Assembly (NCBI GenBank): GCA_038321865.1
Contig: JBBQFH010000005.1
Location: 32,001-96,000 of the forward strand
Length of the DNA: 64,000 nucleotides
Direction: 5' to 3'
DNA from: Gemmatimonadales bacterium
GTDB lineage: Bacteria > Gemmatimonadota > Gemmatimonadetes > Gemmatimonadales > GWC2-71-9
The notes under the pieces were generated by a model that ran no database searches, was not told the origin of the DNA, and was given only the letters and a program-made list of their open reading frames with translations. Below are positions 36,864 to 47,953 of the stretch, piece by piece (the first letter of the stretch is position 1; each line of letters begins with the position of its first letter). Both the position numbers and the translations under genes were made by a program.

Positions 36864-39122
36864 TCAGATCGCAGGCGCCGAGCGGCCTCCCGCGGGGAGG
36901 TGCTCCAGCAGATAGCGATTGAGCAGCGAGTAGATGTGCTGGGTGGTGCCGGGTCCCTCGAAGATCCCGTGGGTCCGGTTGGGATACACCATCAGCTCGA
37001 ACGGCTTCCCCAGCGCCACGAGGCGGTTGACCAGGCGCTCGGTGCCCTGGTAGTGCACGTTGTCGTCGCCCGAACCGTGCACGATCAGCAGGTGGCCCCG
37101 CAGTCCCTCCGCGAAGTTGATCGCCGACCCGGCCTTGTAGCCCTCGACGTTCTCCTGGGGAAGCCCCATGTACCGTTCCTGATAGATCGTGTCGTACAGC
37201 TTCTGATCCGGGACCGGCGCCACGGCCATCCCGACCCGGAACAGGTCGGCATCGCGGAACATCGCATTGAGGGTGTTGGTGCCGCCGCCGCTCCAGCCCC
37301 AGATCGCCACGCGCGTCGTATCCACGAAGCGATGCAGCGCCGCCAGCGCGCGAACCCCTGCCGCCTGGTCCGCCGCGGCCAGCACGCCGACCGAGCCGTA
37401 GATGCTCTTCCGCCAGGCCCGGCCCTTCGGGGCCGGCGTGCCGCGGTTGTCGATGCTCACCACGAGGTAGCCCTCGTTGGCGATCATCCGGTGGAAGAGC
37501 GTGCCGGCCCCGCCCCACACATCGTTGACCGTCTGGGCCGCCGGCTCCCCGTACACCTCGACCAGCACCGGGTACGACTTCGTCGAATCGAATCCGGCGG
37601 GGCGCATCAGCCAGCCGTCGAGCGGGACGCCCTCCGGGGTCTTCACATGGAAGAATTCGGTCGGGGGCGCGTGGAGGGCGGCGATCTTCTCGCGAAGCGC
37701 CGCGTTGTCTTCCAGCACCCGCACCACGGCGTGCGACGGCAGGCGGATCAGCTCGACTCTCGGCGGGGTGTCGAAGCGCGAGGTCGTGTGCACGGCCCAG
37801 CGCCCGTCCGGCGAGACGTCGTACCCGTGGCGGCCCGCCTGATCGGCCGGCGTGACCCGCAGCGCCTTGCCGCCCTTGAGCGGCACCCGGTACAGATAGC
37901 GCTGCGTCGCATTGTCGGGGGACGCGAGGAAATAGAGCAGTCCGCCTTTTTCATCCACACCGGCGAACTGGATCACGTCGTAGGGCCCGTCGGTCAGCTT
38001 GCGGAGCCCGCTTCCGTCGCGGCGCATGCTGTAGACGTGGCGCCAGCCGTCGCTCTCACTCTGGAACAGCGCGGTCTTCCCGCCATCGATCCAGCGGAAA
38101 TCCTGCTGGTCGACCCACGCGCTGTCACGGTCGGTGTGGGCGACGCGGCCTTTGCCGGTCGTCGCGTCGCCGATCCAGAATTCATTGGCGTTCTGCCGCC
38201 GGTTGAGGTGCTGCACCAGGAGCGTCGTCGGGTCGGTCCACTCCACGCCGGCGATGTAGCTCGTGGCGGTGTCGCCGGCCACGTCCATCCAGGTGACGGC
38301 ACCGCCAGTGGGAGCCACGACGCCGATCGTCACCCGGGAGTTCGTCGTGCCGGCCTTCGGGTACGGAATCCGTGTCGTGGCCGGATACAGCGAGTCCGTG
38401 TCGTTGATGAGCAGGAAGTCGCGGACCGGCGAGGCATCGAAGTGCCAGAACGCGATCCGCCGGCCGTCCGGGCTCCACTGGAAGGCCTGGCGGACGTCCA
38501 GCTCTTCCTCATAGACCCAGTCCGACGTGCCGTTGATGCTGGTGGGAGTTCCGTCGCGAGTCAGGCGCGTGATGGTCCCGTCGGCGAGATTTTCGACATA
38601 CATGTCGTTCTCCCGCACGTACGCCACGCGACTCCCGTCCGGTGAAAATGTCGCGAACATCAGCGTGCTGGGCCGCGCGTCACCGCCAAGCTTGGCCAGC
38701 TTGCCCGTCTTGCGGTCGAGCACCCAGTAGTCACCGCGGGTATTTTGGCGCCAGACCTTCTTGGTATTGGTGAAGAGCAGCAGCTTCGAGTTGTCCTCCG
38801 ACCAGGCGAAGCTCTGGAAGCCGAGCGGGGCGCTGGCGCCGGCCGGCGTGAGCTGGGCCGCGGTGACCAGCACGGTGCGGGCGTCGGTCGCCGTCTCGTG
38901 CCGCACGATCTCCCGGCCGGTGCCGCCGGCGGCCGGCTCCACGGTCAGAAATCCCGTCCCCCCGTCCACCCAGCGCAGCTGGCCCACGCCGCGGGCGCCG
39001 AACTCGTTCGAGAAGATGCGCTGAACCGTAAGACTGTCGGCCGGGCTCCGGGCGGGCATCTGGGCCGTGAGCCCGGGAGCGACGAGGAGGAGAGTCGCGA
39101 GCGTGCTGGCGAAGTGGCGCAT
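36864..39122 (-). CDS. S9B dipeptidyl peptidase IV
   Basis: 'DWVYEEE', 'YPKAG', GWSGGG, 'DDNVH', 'THGI'. Confidence 0.95.
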   Translation of the reverse strand: MRHFASTLATLLLVAPGLTAQMPARSPADSLTVQRIFSNEFGARGVGQLRWVDGGTGFLTVEPAAGGTGREIVRHETATDARTVLVTAAQLTPAGASAPLGFQSFAWSEDNSKLLLFTNTKKVWRQNTRGDYWVLDRKTGKLAKLGGDARPSTLMFATFSPDGSRVAYVRENDMYVENLADGTITRLTRDGTPTSINGTSDWVYEEELDVRQAFQWSPDGRRIAFWHFDASPVRDFLLINDTDSLYPATTRIPYPKAGTTNSRVTIGVVAPTGGAVTWMDVAGDTATSYIAGVEWTDPTTLLVQHLNRRQNANEFWIGDATTGKGRVAHTDRDSAWVDQQDFRWIDGGKTALFQSESDGWRHVYSMRRDGSGLRKLTDGPYDVIQFAGVDEKGGLLYFLASPDNATQRYLYRVPLKGGKALRVTPADQAGRHGYDVSPDGRWAVHTTSRFDTPPRVELIRLPSHAVVRVLEDNAALREKIAALHAPPTEFFHVKTPEGVPLDGWLMRPAGFDSTKSYPVLVEVYGEPAAQTVNDVWGGAGTLFHRMIANEGYLVVSIDNRGTPAPKGRAWRKSIYGSVGVLAAADQAAGVRALAALHRFVDTTRVAIWGWSGGGTNTLNAMFRDADLFRVGMAVAPVPDQKLYDTIYQERYMGLPQENVEGYKAGSAINFAEGLRGHLLIVHGSGDDNVHYQGTERLVNRLVALGKPFELMVYPNRTHGIFEGPGTTQHIYSLLNRYLLEHLPAGGRSAPAI

Positions 39123-39267
39123 GCGATGCCTGTCTGGTGAAAAGTGGGTGTCGGCCACAGCATGACGCGGGCAGCCGCCATCCTGTTTCGAGTGGTTCCA
39201 TGTCGGTGAATTCAGTCTAGCTTTCTCCCTAGTCGTGGCGGTTCGGCACCTGTGCTCCGGAGGTCGC

Positions 39268-39636
39268 ATGCGCATTCCCCTGTTGTCCCTGATCCTCACC
39301 ATCGCCGCCGGGTGCGCTCACGAGCCCGATGCCATGCTCGACGGCGTCTGGCAGGCGGCGTTTCAGCCCGTGCCGGGCGTGAACCACACGCTCACGCTCA
39401 CCCAGCACGGATCAGCCGTCACCGGCACCGGCACCTGGACCGGCGAGGCGATCAATCCACCGGGCGGGTCGCTCACCGTCTCGGGAACGGCGAGCGATCG
39501 CCACGTCCTGCTCACATTCACCTACGACAACAACCGGACGACCACCTACAAGGCGACGCTTGTGGACGCGACGCACCTGGCGGGCAGCGAGACCTTCGCA
39601 GGCGGCACCGACAGCCTGGTCTTCACGAAGGAGTGA
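39268..39636 (+). CDS. Hypothetical all-beta lipoprotein
   Basis: GGAGG RBS; AAGC lipobox; 'LDGVW', 'LTLTQHGSAVTGT'. Confidence 0.7.
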   Translation: MRIPLLSLILTIAAGCAHEPDAMLDGVWQAAFQPVPGVNHTLTLTQHGSAVTGTGTWTGEAINPPGGSLTVSGTASDRHVLLTFTYDNNRTTTYKATLVDATHLAGSETFAGGTDSLVFTKE

Positions 39637-40030
39637 CGCGGACCGCCCACCCGGCCGCGATACCGGCGAGGCCCACCAGGGGAATCACCCAGCCGTACCA
39701 GCCGGGCTGGCTGGCGGCGGCCGGCGTCGAGCGCATCGTCATGGCGCTGATCACGCCCATCACCAGCAGGAGCGCGCCGAGTGCCAGCACGTGCGTACCC
39801 GGGCTGCTCGCGGCGAATCGGGTCACCAGCCACCCGGCCAGCACGGCGGCGAGGAACGAGATGACGAGATTCGCGCCGAGGTACGACGCGGGGAGCCGGC
39901 CGGTGGGGCCATTGCGCATGGTGGCGAGTCCGCCGGGCACCACGGCCGCGGTGGCGGCCATGGTGCCGAGCATGACGACGATCGCCATCACGATGAATCC
40001 GCCGAGCACGACGCCAATGCTGCGCAGCAT
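39623..40030 (-). CDS. 4-TM membrane hypothetical protein
   Basis: GGAGG RBS; 'MLRSIGVVLGGF', four hydrophobic segments, 'QPGWY'. Confidence 0.7.
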   Translation of the reverse strand: MLRSIGVVLGGFIVMAIVVMLGTMAATAAVVPGGLATMRNGPTGRLPASYLGANLVISFLAAVLAGWLVTRFAASSPGTHVLALGALLLVMGVISAMTMRSTPAAASQPGWYGWVIPLVGLAGIAAGWAVRVTPS

Positions 40031-40117
40031 GACGACCTCCGGACTAGGGGAAGCTGGATCGGGGATACTCAAGTATATGCGAACCGTTGCCGGACCTGGG
40101 TTCCGGGGTCCGTCGCC

Positions 40118-40585
40118 ATGACCAACCCGCCGGTGGTCAGTGCGGGCATTCTCCTCTATCGCCGTCACGGCGAGGCGCTGGAGGTCCTGCTCGCGCACCC
40201 GGGCGGCCCGTTCTGGTCGCACCGCGATGCCGGGGCGTGGACCATTCCGAAGGGGATCGTGATGGACGGCGAGGGCCTGCTCGCGGCGGCGCAGCGCGAG
40301 TTTGCCGAAGAAACCGGCGCTTCACTCGCCGGTCCGTTCATCGAGCTCGGCTCGGTCCGGCAGAAGGCCGGCAAGGTCGTTCACGCGTGGGCCTGCGCGG
40401 GAGACCTCGATCCGGCACGCGCCGTGAGCAATACGATGACGACCGAGTGGCCGCGCGGGTCGGGCCGCCGGATCACCTTTCCCGAGATTGACCGCTGCGC
40501 CTGGTTCGGGACGGCGGAAGCCCGGACCCGCATCAACCCGGCCCAGGCCGAGCTGCTGGAGCGGCTGGAGCGGCTGACTCCATGA
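40118..40585 (+). CDS. NUDIX hydrolase
   Basis: 'SAGILLYR', 'HPGGPFW', 'AAQREFAEETG', 'EWP..SG....FPEIDR'. Confidence 0.92.
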   Translation: MTNPPVVSAGILLYRRHGEALEVLLAHPGGPFWSHRDAGAWTIPKGIVMDGEGLLAAAQREFAEETGASLAGPFIELGSVRQKAGKVVHAWACAGDLDPARAVSNTMTTEWPRGSGRRITFPEIDRCAWFGTAEARTRINPAQAELLERLERLTP

Positions 40586-41568
40586 GCGACGCACTGCGGG
40601 ACCTGTTTTTCGGCGCCCGTGCGCGGCTGGTCGAGACCATCGCCCCCAGGCGCACCTTCGACGATGTGGTGCTGCCGCCGTCCACGCTCGACTCGATCCG
40701 TCATGCACTGGCATTGATCCGGAAGCAGGACCTCATCTTCCGGCAGTGGGGGCTGGCCGAGCGACATGGCGGCGGCCTGGGTCTGGCGTTCCACTTTGCC
40801 GGACCGCCGGGCACCGGCAAGACGATCGCCGCCGAAGCGATCGCCGCGACGCTGGGACGGGAGCTGCTCGTGGTGCGGTACGCCGAACTGGAATCCCGCT
40901 GGGCGGGCCAGACGGCCAAGCACGTCGCCGCGGTCTTTCGCGCGGCGGCCGACGCCAACGCCGTGCTCTTCTTCGACGAGGCGGACGCGATCGCGGGCCG
41001 GCGCTTCACCAACCTGACGCAGGGCTACGAGCGGGACTCCAACGCCACCGTCGCGGTGCTGCTGAACGAGCTGGAGCGCTTCCCCGGGGTCGTGATTTTC
41101 GCGACCAATCTCGCGACCAACATCGATCCGGCCTTCGAGCGCCGGATCCGGCACCACATCCGCTTCGAGATGCCGGGACCGTCCGAGCGCGAACGCATCT
41201 GGCGCGCGCAGCTCCACGCCACCAAGACCCCGCTCGCGCCGGACGTGAATTTCGCCGAGCTGGGAGACCGTTTCCAGCGCGCCGGCGGCGACATCAAGAA
41301 CGCGGTGCTGAAGGCCGCCCAGATGGCGACGCTCGAGCCGGGCCCCGACGACGAAAAGCGGATTCATCAGCGCCATTTCATCAATGCGATGCAGCAGGTC
41401 GTCGGTGCCGGGGAGGTCATGTCGCAGTCGCTGTTCGACGGCCGCGAGACCGATCCACTCGCGCCGCTGGCCGGCGCCCTCCAGGCGCGGGAGCGGCAGC
41501 TCGTCCTGCTCGCGGGGGGCGCGCTGCTGGTCGCGCTGATCGCGCTCGCCGTGGCGCTGTTCCGCTGA
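40582..41568 (+). CDS. AAA+ ATPase (single domain) with C-terminal TM helix
   Basis: GPPGTGKT, FFDEAD, 'FATN', 'DPAFERR'; C-terminal 'LVLLAGGALLVALIALAVALFR'. Confidence 0.88.
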   Translation: MSDALRDLFFGARARLVETIAPRRTFDDVVLPPSTLDSIRHALALIRKQDLIFRQWGLAERHGGGLGLAFHFAGPPGTGKTIAAEAIAATLGRELLVVRYAELESRWAGQTAKHVAAVFRAAADANAVLFFDEADAIAGRRFTNLTQGYERDSNATVAVLLNELERFPGVVIFATNLATNIDPAFERRIRHHIRFEMPGPSERERIWRAQLHATKTPLAPDVNFAELGDRFQRAGGDIKNAVLKAAQMATLEPGPDDEKRIHQRHFINAMQQVVGAGEVMSQSLFDGRETDPLAPLAGALQARERQLVLLAGGALLVALIALAVALFR

Positions 41569-41569
41569 G

Positions 41570-43777
41570 CTAGTTGGCCGCGAGCGCTGCCCGATACTTG
41601 CCGGCCAGGCGCCGGGCAACCTCGATCGCATCCCCCCGTGGCACCGTCGGGTACCGCTCCCGCCCCCGCGACCACGCCCGCTCCCACGTACACATCGCCT
41701 CGGCGTAGGGCCTCCGGTCGAAGGTCGTGCCCTGATCCAGCGAGCGGTGCAGGGCCGCAAAGAAGGCGGTCCAGCGCGGCAGATAGTATCCGGTGAACAT
41801 CCCCTGCCACTGCTTGTAGGCGTACAGGTTGAGGTCGTCGTTCTGGCCTTCGGTGCATTTCTCGCCCCAGAGCGTGATGATGTTCCGCGCATTCCACTGG
41901 TAGAGCGCCCGTTCGCCGGGCGTTCGCCCCCAGCGCCCGGCGTCCTCGAGCCACCGGCCAAGGAGAAATTCCGGCCGCGTGCCGACCAGCTCGTCCAGAT
42001 CGCGGAGCAGGCCGGTGATGCGCCGCTCGGCGCCTGCGATCCCCACCCGATCCTTGCGTTCGTATGCCGCCTGCAGCGCATTGACCAGCGGCAGCCCGAG
42101 CCCACCGAGGACCTGGCGCGTGAGGTTGACGACATCGTAGCGGTAGGCGTCGTTCGTCGCGAGGCCGTCGGACGCCGCGAGCAGCGTATCCAGCGCCTGC
42201 GCCAGCACCCGTGCGTCATACGGCGGCGTCGGCTGTGTGCGGTACGCCGCCTTCGGGTCATAAAACCCCGGCCGCTCGGCGAGAAAGGTTCCGGTCTGCT
42301 GGGCGGACCGGTACGCTGTCGCGAGCAGCAGCCGCCACGCGTTCCAGGCGTGCGCCCCGGGCCCGCCGTAGCGGCGGCTGACGTACTCGTGCGCCCATGC
42401 CTCGAGATCGGGTACACGGTCGCGCCAGGCGAGGTCCATCACGAAATCGGGCACGATCGGGTTGTATCCCAGGCCCTCCATCATCATGCCGAGTCCGGCG
42501 AGCCTGCCCCGGGCCGGACTGCGGAGCGCGTCGCCGAGATTCGCGGCGATCTTTGGCAGATCGCCGTTGACGGTGACCTGGCCGCCGAAGTTGTACAGCA
42601 CGTTCCAGATCCACGGCTTGCCGTAGAACGCCTGCCGCTCCTTCCAGACCGGATGGAGGTCGCCGTAGAGATCGAGCACCAGCATGCGATCATCAGGCAC
42701 CGCCCCAAGGAGCGCCCGCGCCTGCGGCTCCTTCCAGAATTTGGCCTGGTAATAGAGAAACCACCCCTGCAGCACCCACACCGCGTCGGGATCCGCGGCG
42801 TGCATCGACTCGTACACCGTGCGCCCCATCCCGGCGAGAAACACGGAGTCGTTCGTCGGCGGGTCGATTTCGTTGAAGCTGTCGGCGGCGTAGAAGTGGT
42901 CGGTGCCGAAGAGCTCGGTCTGCCGCTCGATGAAGCGGCGCCCCATCCGCTGGAAAAGCGGGTCGAGCGGGTCGAGGAACCAGGTGCCGGAAAAGCCGGC
43001 CGACCAGTCGCCGGTGCGGTGGATCTTCGCCCCCGGGAAGTGAGCCCGGATCGACTCCGGCACATGGCCGGTAAATCCCTGAAGCACGGGGCGCATGCCC
43101 AGCGCCCGCTCGCGCGCGAGGATCCGGCGCTCCAGCGCCACATGGCTCGTGATCCATGACCGGGGCAGCGGCCCGCCCAGTCCGTCGATGTTGCCCATCC
43201 AGCCCCACGGCAGATACGCCGGCCCCACCAGGAACTGGCCGATCTCCCGGTCGCTGAAGCCCAGGTCGCGCAACACCAGCTGCCAGGTGCCTTCCTGCCC
43301 GGTCGCTGCCAGCGGCAGGTTGACCCCCTTGAGCGCCATCCAGTCCACCATCCGCTCCCAGTCGGTCCAGTCCCACCAGGCCATGCTGTAGGAGAAGGTG
43401 CAGTAATTGAAGAAGTAGCGGTATCGGTATGGGGTACTGATGCGGACCCGGCTCGTCACCGGCGGCAGTCTGCCGAGGTTCAGTGGCCGCAGCGGGTTGG
43501 CGACGGTGACTCCGGCGACGTGCTCCAGATACCAGTTGAGCGCCGACGCGATGGCGACGCCGCTCGATCCGCGGAGCACGATCCGGTCGCCCCGGCTCTC
43601 GACCTCGAACACGTCGAGCCCGGCGGAGTCAGGGATCGCTTCGGCGATGAAGTTCCCGGACTGCCCGGGCACGACCCGCGCGATCAGCGCCCGCACCGCC
43701 GGGAGGTCTATCGGACGCGTGACCGAGACCGCAGCCGGGGGCGCGCCCGCGAGCAGCAACAGGACAGAGGCAATCAC
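41570..43777 (-). CDS. Alpha-N-acetylglucosaminidase (GH89)
   Basis: 'RYFFNYCTFSYSMAWW', 'WMGN', 'DSFNE', 'MMEG', 'YYLPRW'. Confidence 0.95.
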   Translation of the reverse strand: MIASVLLLLAGAPPAAVSVTRPIDLPAVRALIARVVPGQSGNFIAEAIPDSAGLDVFEVESRGDRIVLRGSSGVAIASALNWYLEHVAGVTVANPLRPLNLGRLPPVTSRVRISTPYRYRYFFNYCTFSYSMAWWDWTDWERMVDWMALKGVNLPLAATGQEGTWQLVLRDLGFSDREIGQFLVGPAYLPWGWMGNIDGLGGPLPRSWITSHVALERRILARERALGMRPVLQGFTGHVPESIRAHFPGAKIHRTGDWSAGFSGTWFLDPLDPLFQRMGRRFIERQTELFGTDHFYAADSFNEIDPPTNDSVFLAGMGRTVYESMHAADPDAVWVLQGWFLYYQAKFWKEPQARALLGAVPDDRMLVLDLYGDLHPVWKERQAFYGKPWIWNVLYNFGGQVTVNGDLPKIAANLGDALRSPARGRLAGLGMMMEGLGYNPIVPDFVMDLAWRDRVPDLEAWAHEYVSRRYGGPGAHAWNAWRLLLATAYRSAQQTGTFLAERPGFYDPKAAYRTQPTPPYDARVLAQALDTLLAASDGLATNDAYRYDVVNLTRQVLGGLGLPLVNALQAAYERKDRVGIAGAERRITGLLRDLDELVGTRPEFLLGRWLEDAGRWGRTPGERALYQWNARNIITLWGEKCTEGQNDDLNLYAYKQWQGMFTGYYLPRWTAFFAALHRSLDQGTTFDRRPYAEAMCTWERAWSRGRERYPTVPRGDAIEVARRLAGKYRAALAAN

Positions 43778-43943
43778 GGAGACTCCAGTGCCGGCGAGGA
43801 TTCGCAGTTCGTTAGGGATTTACGTCAAGGAAGGGAATCGCCGCAAGCGGGCTGGCGCGACGCCGCGCCGCCGTCCATCTTCCGGTCACTCGCTTCTCCC
43901 TCCACTCGCGTCTCCCATCGTCGGCTTCGGCCGGGAGATCACC

Positions 43944-44522
43944 GTGAACCGCCGCACCCTGCTTCGCCTGATCGGCGGGGCCGCCATTCCCGCCTCACTG
44001 GGTCTCAGCGCGGACGATCTGCTGGCGGCCGGCCGGCGCCTCGGGCAACGTGCCGCGCGGCGCGGTGCGCTCGGTCCGTTCGACGCCCATCAGCGGGAAA
44101 CCGTCGCCGCGCTGGCCGAGCACATCATTCCGGCCACCGACACGCCGGGCGCACGCGCCGCGCGGGTGGACGAATTCATCGCCCTCCTGCTCGATGAATG
44201 GTACCCGGCGGAAAAAAAGACCGAATTCCTCGATGGACTCGCCGCGTTCGACGCGCGGAGCGTGCGTGAGCTGGGGCATCCCTTCGTAACCGCCGTTCCT
44301 GCCGACCAGCTCAGATTGCTCGCCGCCCTCGACGCCGAAGCCCACGCGCCGCGCCCGGCCGGCTCCGCCAAGCCATTCTTCCAGTGGATGAAGGAGCTGA
44401 CCGTCAGCGGCTACTACTCGTCCCGCATCGGCATGAACGACGAGCGGCATTACGTGATCTGGCCGGGCCGGTACGACGGCTGCCGCACCATCGGCGCCCG
44501 GCCGGGCGGAGCGCCGTCGTGA
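43944..44522 (+). CDS. Gluconate 2-dehydrogenase subunit 3-like (Tat) protein
   Basis: 'NRRTLL'; 'IIPATDTPGA', 'FFQWMKELTVSGYYSS'. Confidence 0.88.
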   Translation: MNRRTLLRLIGGAAIPASLGLSADDLLAAGRRLGQRAARRGALGPFDAHQRETVAALAEHIIPATDTPGARAARVDEFIALLLDEWYPAEKKTEFLDGLAAFDARSVRELGHPFVTAVPADQLRLLAALDAEAHAPRPAGSAKPFFQWMKELTVSGYYSSRIGMNDERHYVIWPGRYDGCRTIGARPGGAPS

Positions 44523-46204
44523 GCCGCGGAGTCGAGCAGTACGATGCGATCGTCATCGGCTCCGGCATCACCGGTGGCTGGGCGGCCAAGGAGCTGACGG
44601 AAAAGGGGCTGCGGACCCTGGTGCTGGAAGCCGGCGGCCCGATCGATCCCGCGAAGGATTTCGTGGAGCACGTGCAGCCCTGGCAGCTCCATTTTCGCGG
44701 ATGGGGAGACCGGCGGGCGCTCGAGCGCGATCAGTTCATCCAGAAGAACTGCTACGCCTGTGACGAATGGAGCGGCAAGTTCTTCGTGAACGACCGCGAC
44801 AACCCCTACACCTTCGACACCGACAAGCCGTTTCACTGGATTCGCGGCCGTCAGGTCGGCGGCCGGTCCATCATGTGGGGCCGCCAGGTCTACCGCTGGA
44901 GCGACCTCGATTTCGAAGCGAACGCGCGGGACGGCCACGGGGTGGACTGGCCGATCCGCTATGCCGACATCGCTCCGTGGTATTCCTACGTCGAACGCTA
45001 CATCGGCGTGACCGGAGAGCGGCTCGGCCTGGCGCAGCTCCCCGATGGCGAGTTCCTCAAGCCGATGGAGCTCAACTGCGCCGAGATCGCGGTCAAGGCC
45101 GGCGTGGCGTCGCACTTCGGCGGCGAACGAGTGCTGACCGTGGGGCGCGCCGCGATCCTGACGGAAAACCACAACGGGCGCGCCGCCTGTCACTATTGCG
45201 GCACCTGCGAGCGGGGCTGCATCACCCGGTCCTATTTCAACAGCATCGGCGTGACACTGCCCGCCGCCCGCGCCACTGGCCGGCTCACGCTCCGGCCTCA
45301 CAGCGTGGTCCATAGCCTCAGCTTCGACCCCCGGACCCGGCGGATTTCCGCCGTCAACGTGATCGACGCGCAAACTCATGCGGCGCTCGCATTCCGTGCT
45401 CGCGTGGTCTTTCTCTGCGCCTCGACGCTCGAGTCCACCCGGATCCTGCTCAACTCGAAATCGGCCGCGTTTCCGGACGGCCTGGCAAACTCGAGCGGGG
45501 AACTCGGCCGGAACCTGATGGATCATGTGATGGGTGGCGGCGCCGGCGGCACGATTCCCGGCATGGAAGACAAGGAGTCCTACGGCCATCGGCCCAACGG
45601 CACCTATTTGCCGCGGTTTCGGAACGTGAAGACCGAGAGCCCGGATTTTCTCCGGGGCTATGCTTTTCAGGGCGGCGGGGGGCGCGGCGGTTTCGGCGCC
45701 GACGTGCCGGGATTCGGGAAGGCGTTCAAGGAGAAGCTCCGCGAGCGCGGCAGCTGGTACTTCTCGTTCTATGGCTTCGGCGAATGCCTGCCCCGCCCGA
45801 CCAACTTCGTGGCGCTCGATCCGGACAAGGTGGATGCCTGGGGCATTCCGGCGCTCCGCATCAACTGCACCTGGAGCGACAACGAGCGGAAACTGCTTCA
45901 GGACATGTCGGTTACGGCAGCCGAGATGCTCGAGGCCTCCGGCGCGACGAACGTGAAGCCGTTCGTGCAGGACAATCCGCCGGGCCTCACGATTCACGAG
46001 ATGGGAACCGCCCGGATGGGCCGCGATGCGAAGACCTCGGTGCTCAACGGACACAACCAGGCACACGATGTGCCGAACCTGTTCGTGACCGATGGCGCCT
46101 GCATGGCATCGTCGGCCAACCAGAATCCGTCCATCACGTACATGGCGCTCACCGCGCGCGCGGTGGACTACGCCGTCGGCCAGCTGAAGCAGCACTCGCT
46201 GTAG
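44519..46204 (+). CDS. GMC oxidoreductase (glycoside 3-dehydrogenase-like)
   Basis: GSGITG FAD motif, CHYCGTCERGC, 'HEMGTARMG', 'NPSIT'. Confidence 0.92.
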   Translation: MSRGVEQYDAIVIGSGITGGWAAKELTEKGLRTLVLEAGGPIDPAKDFVEHVQPWQLHFRGWGDRRALERDQFIQKNCYACDEWSGKFFVNDRDNPYTFDTDKPFHWIRGRQVGGRSIMWGRQVYRWSDLDFEANARDGHGVDWPIRYADIAPWYSYVERYIGVTGERLGLAQLPDGEFLKPMELNCAEIAVKAGVASHFGGERVLTVGRAAILTENHNGRAACHYCGTCERGCITRSYFNSIGVTLPAARATGRLTLRPHSVVHSLSFDPRTRRISAVNVIDAQTHAALAFRARVVFLCASTLESTRILLNSKSAAFPDGLANSSGELGRNLMDHVMGGGAGGTIPGMEDKESYGHRPNGTYLPRFRNVKTESPDFLRGYAFQGGGGRGGFGADVPGFGKAFKEKLRERGSWYFSFYGFGECLPRPTNFVALDPDKVDAWGIPALRINCTWSDNERKLLQDMSVTAAEMLEASGATNVKPFVQDNPPGLTIHEMGTARMGRDAKTSVLNGHNQAHDVPNLFVTDGACMASSANQNPSITYMALTARAVDYAVGQLKQHSL

Positions 46205-46232
46205 CCATGCCGACCTCGAGGAAACCCAGCCG

Positions 46233-47066
46233 ATGACCGACCGTCGCTCCTTTCTCGCCCTGTCCGCCGCCGCCCTCGGCGCCGGCCGACTGCATGCGCT
46301 CGGCCAGGCGGCGCTGGGTGCCGCGCGGCTCGGCCGGATCGGCGTCCAGCTCTATACCCTGCGCGACGCGATGAAGCGCGACTTCGAGGGCACGCTCGCC
46401 CGTGTGGCGAGCATCGGGTATCGGGAGGTCGAGTTCGCCGGCTACTTCGAGCGGCCCCCCGCCCAGGTGCGCCACGTGCTCGAGGCCAGCAGGCTCACGG
46501 CGCCCGCCGCGCACATTTCGCTGGAGGACATCCGCAACCGCTGGCCGCAGACGCTTGACGCCGCCCACACCATCGGGCACGACTACCTGGTGTGCGCGTG
46601 GATCAACGACGAGGACCGCACGGTGGACCGATACAAGCGCGTCGCCGACGAGTTCAGCCGCGCCGCGGAGACGGCACGGAAGGCCGGCATCGGCTTCGGT
46701 TATCACAACCATTCCTACGAGTTCGTGCCGATCGCCGGACAGCGGCCGTACGATATCCTGCTCGCCAACTCCGACCCGAAACTGGTGCAGTTCGAGATGG
46801 ACCTGTTCTGGATCGTGCAGGGCGGCGGCGATCCGCTCGCCTACTTCGCGAAGTACCCGGGCCGCTTCCCGCTGGTCCATGTCAAGGATCGGGCGGCGGA
46901 CGGCAAGATGGTGGACGTCGGCCAGGGACGGATCGACTTCCGGACGATCTTCGCGCACCGGAACCAGGCGGGGATCCGGCACTTCTTCGTCGAGCACGAC
47001 GAGCCGGCCGACCCGTTCGTGAGCATCGCGGCGAGCTACGGCTACCTGCGCGGACTGCGTTTCTGA
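46233..47066 (+). CDS. Tat-exported sugar-phosphate isomerase/epimerase (AP_endonuc_2 TIM barrel)
   Basis: DRRSF; 'GVQLYTLRD', 'YHNH..E', 'EMDLFW', 'HVKD', 'VEHD'. Confidence 0.88.
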   Translation: MTDRRSFLALSAAALGAGRLHALGQAALGAARLGRIGVQLYTLRDAMKRDFEGTLARVASIGYREVEFAGYFERPPAQVRHVLEASRLTAPAAHISLEDIRNRWPQTLDAAHTIGHDYLVCAWINDEDRTVDRYKRVADEFSRAAETARKAGIGFGYHNHSYEFVPIAGQRPYDILLANSDPKLVQFEMDLFWIVQGGGDPLAYFAKYPGRFPLVHVKDRAADGKMVDVGQGRIDFRTIFAHRNQAGIRHFFVEHDEPADPFVSIAASYGYLRGLRF

Positions 47067-47071
47067 CCGAC

Positions 47072-47932
<861 letters not shown>

Positions 47933-47953
47933 TGTGCGCGTCCCCGTGATGCC

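Noticed and set aside
40582..41568. Contractile injection system or defence island marked by the AAA ATPase
   Set aside because: No tail, sheath, baseplate, nuclease or S8 peptidase genes adjacent.
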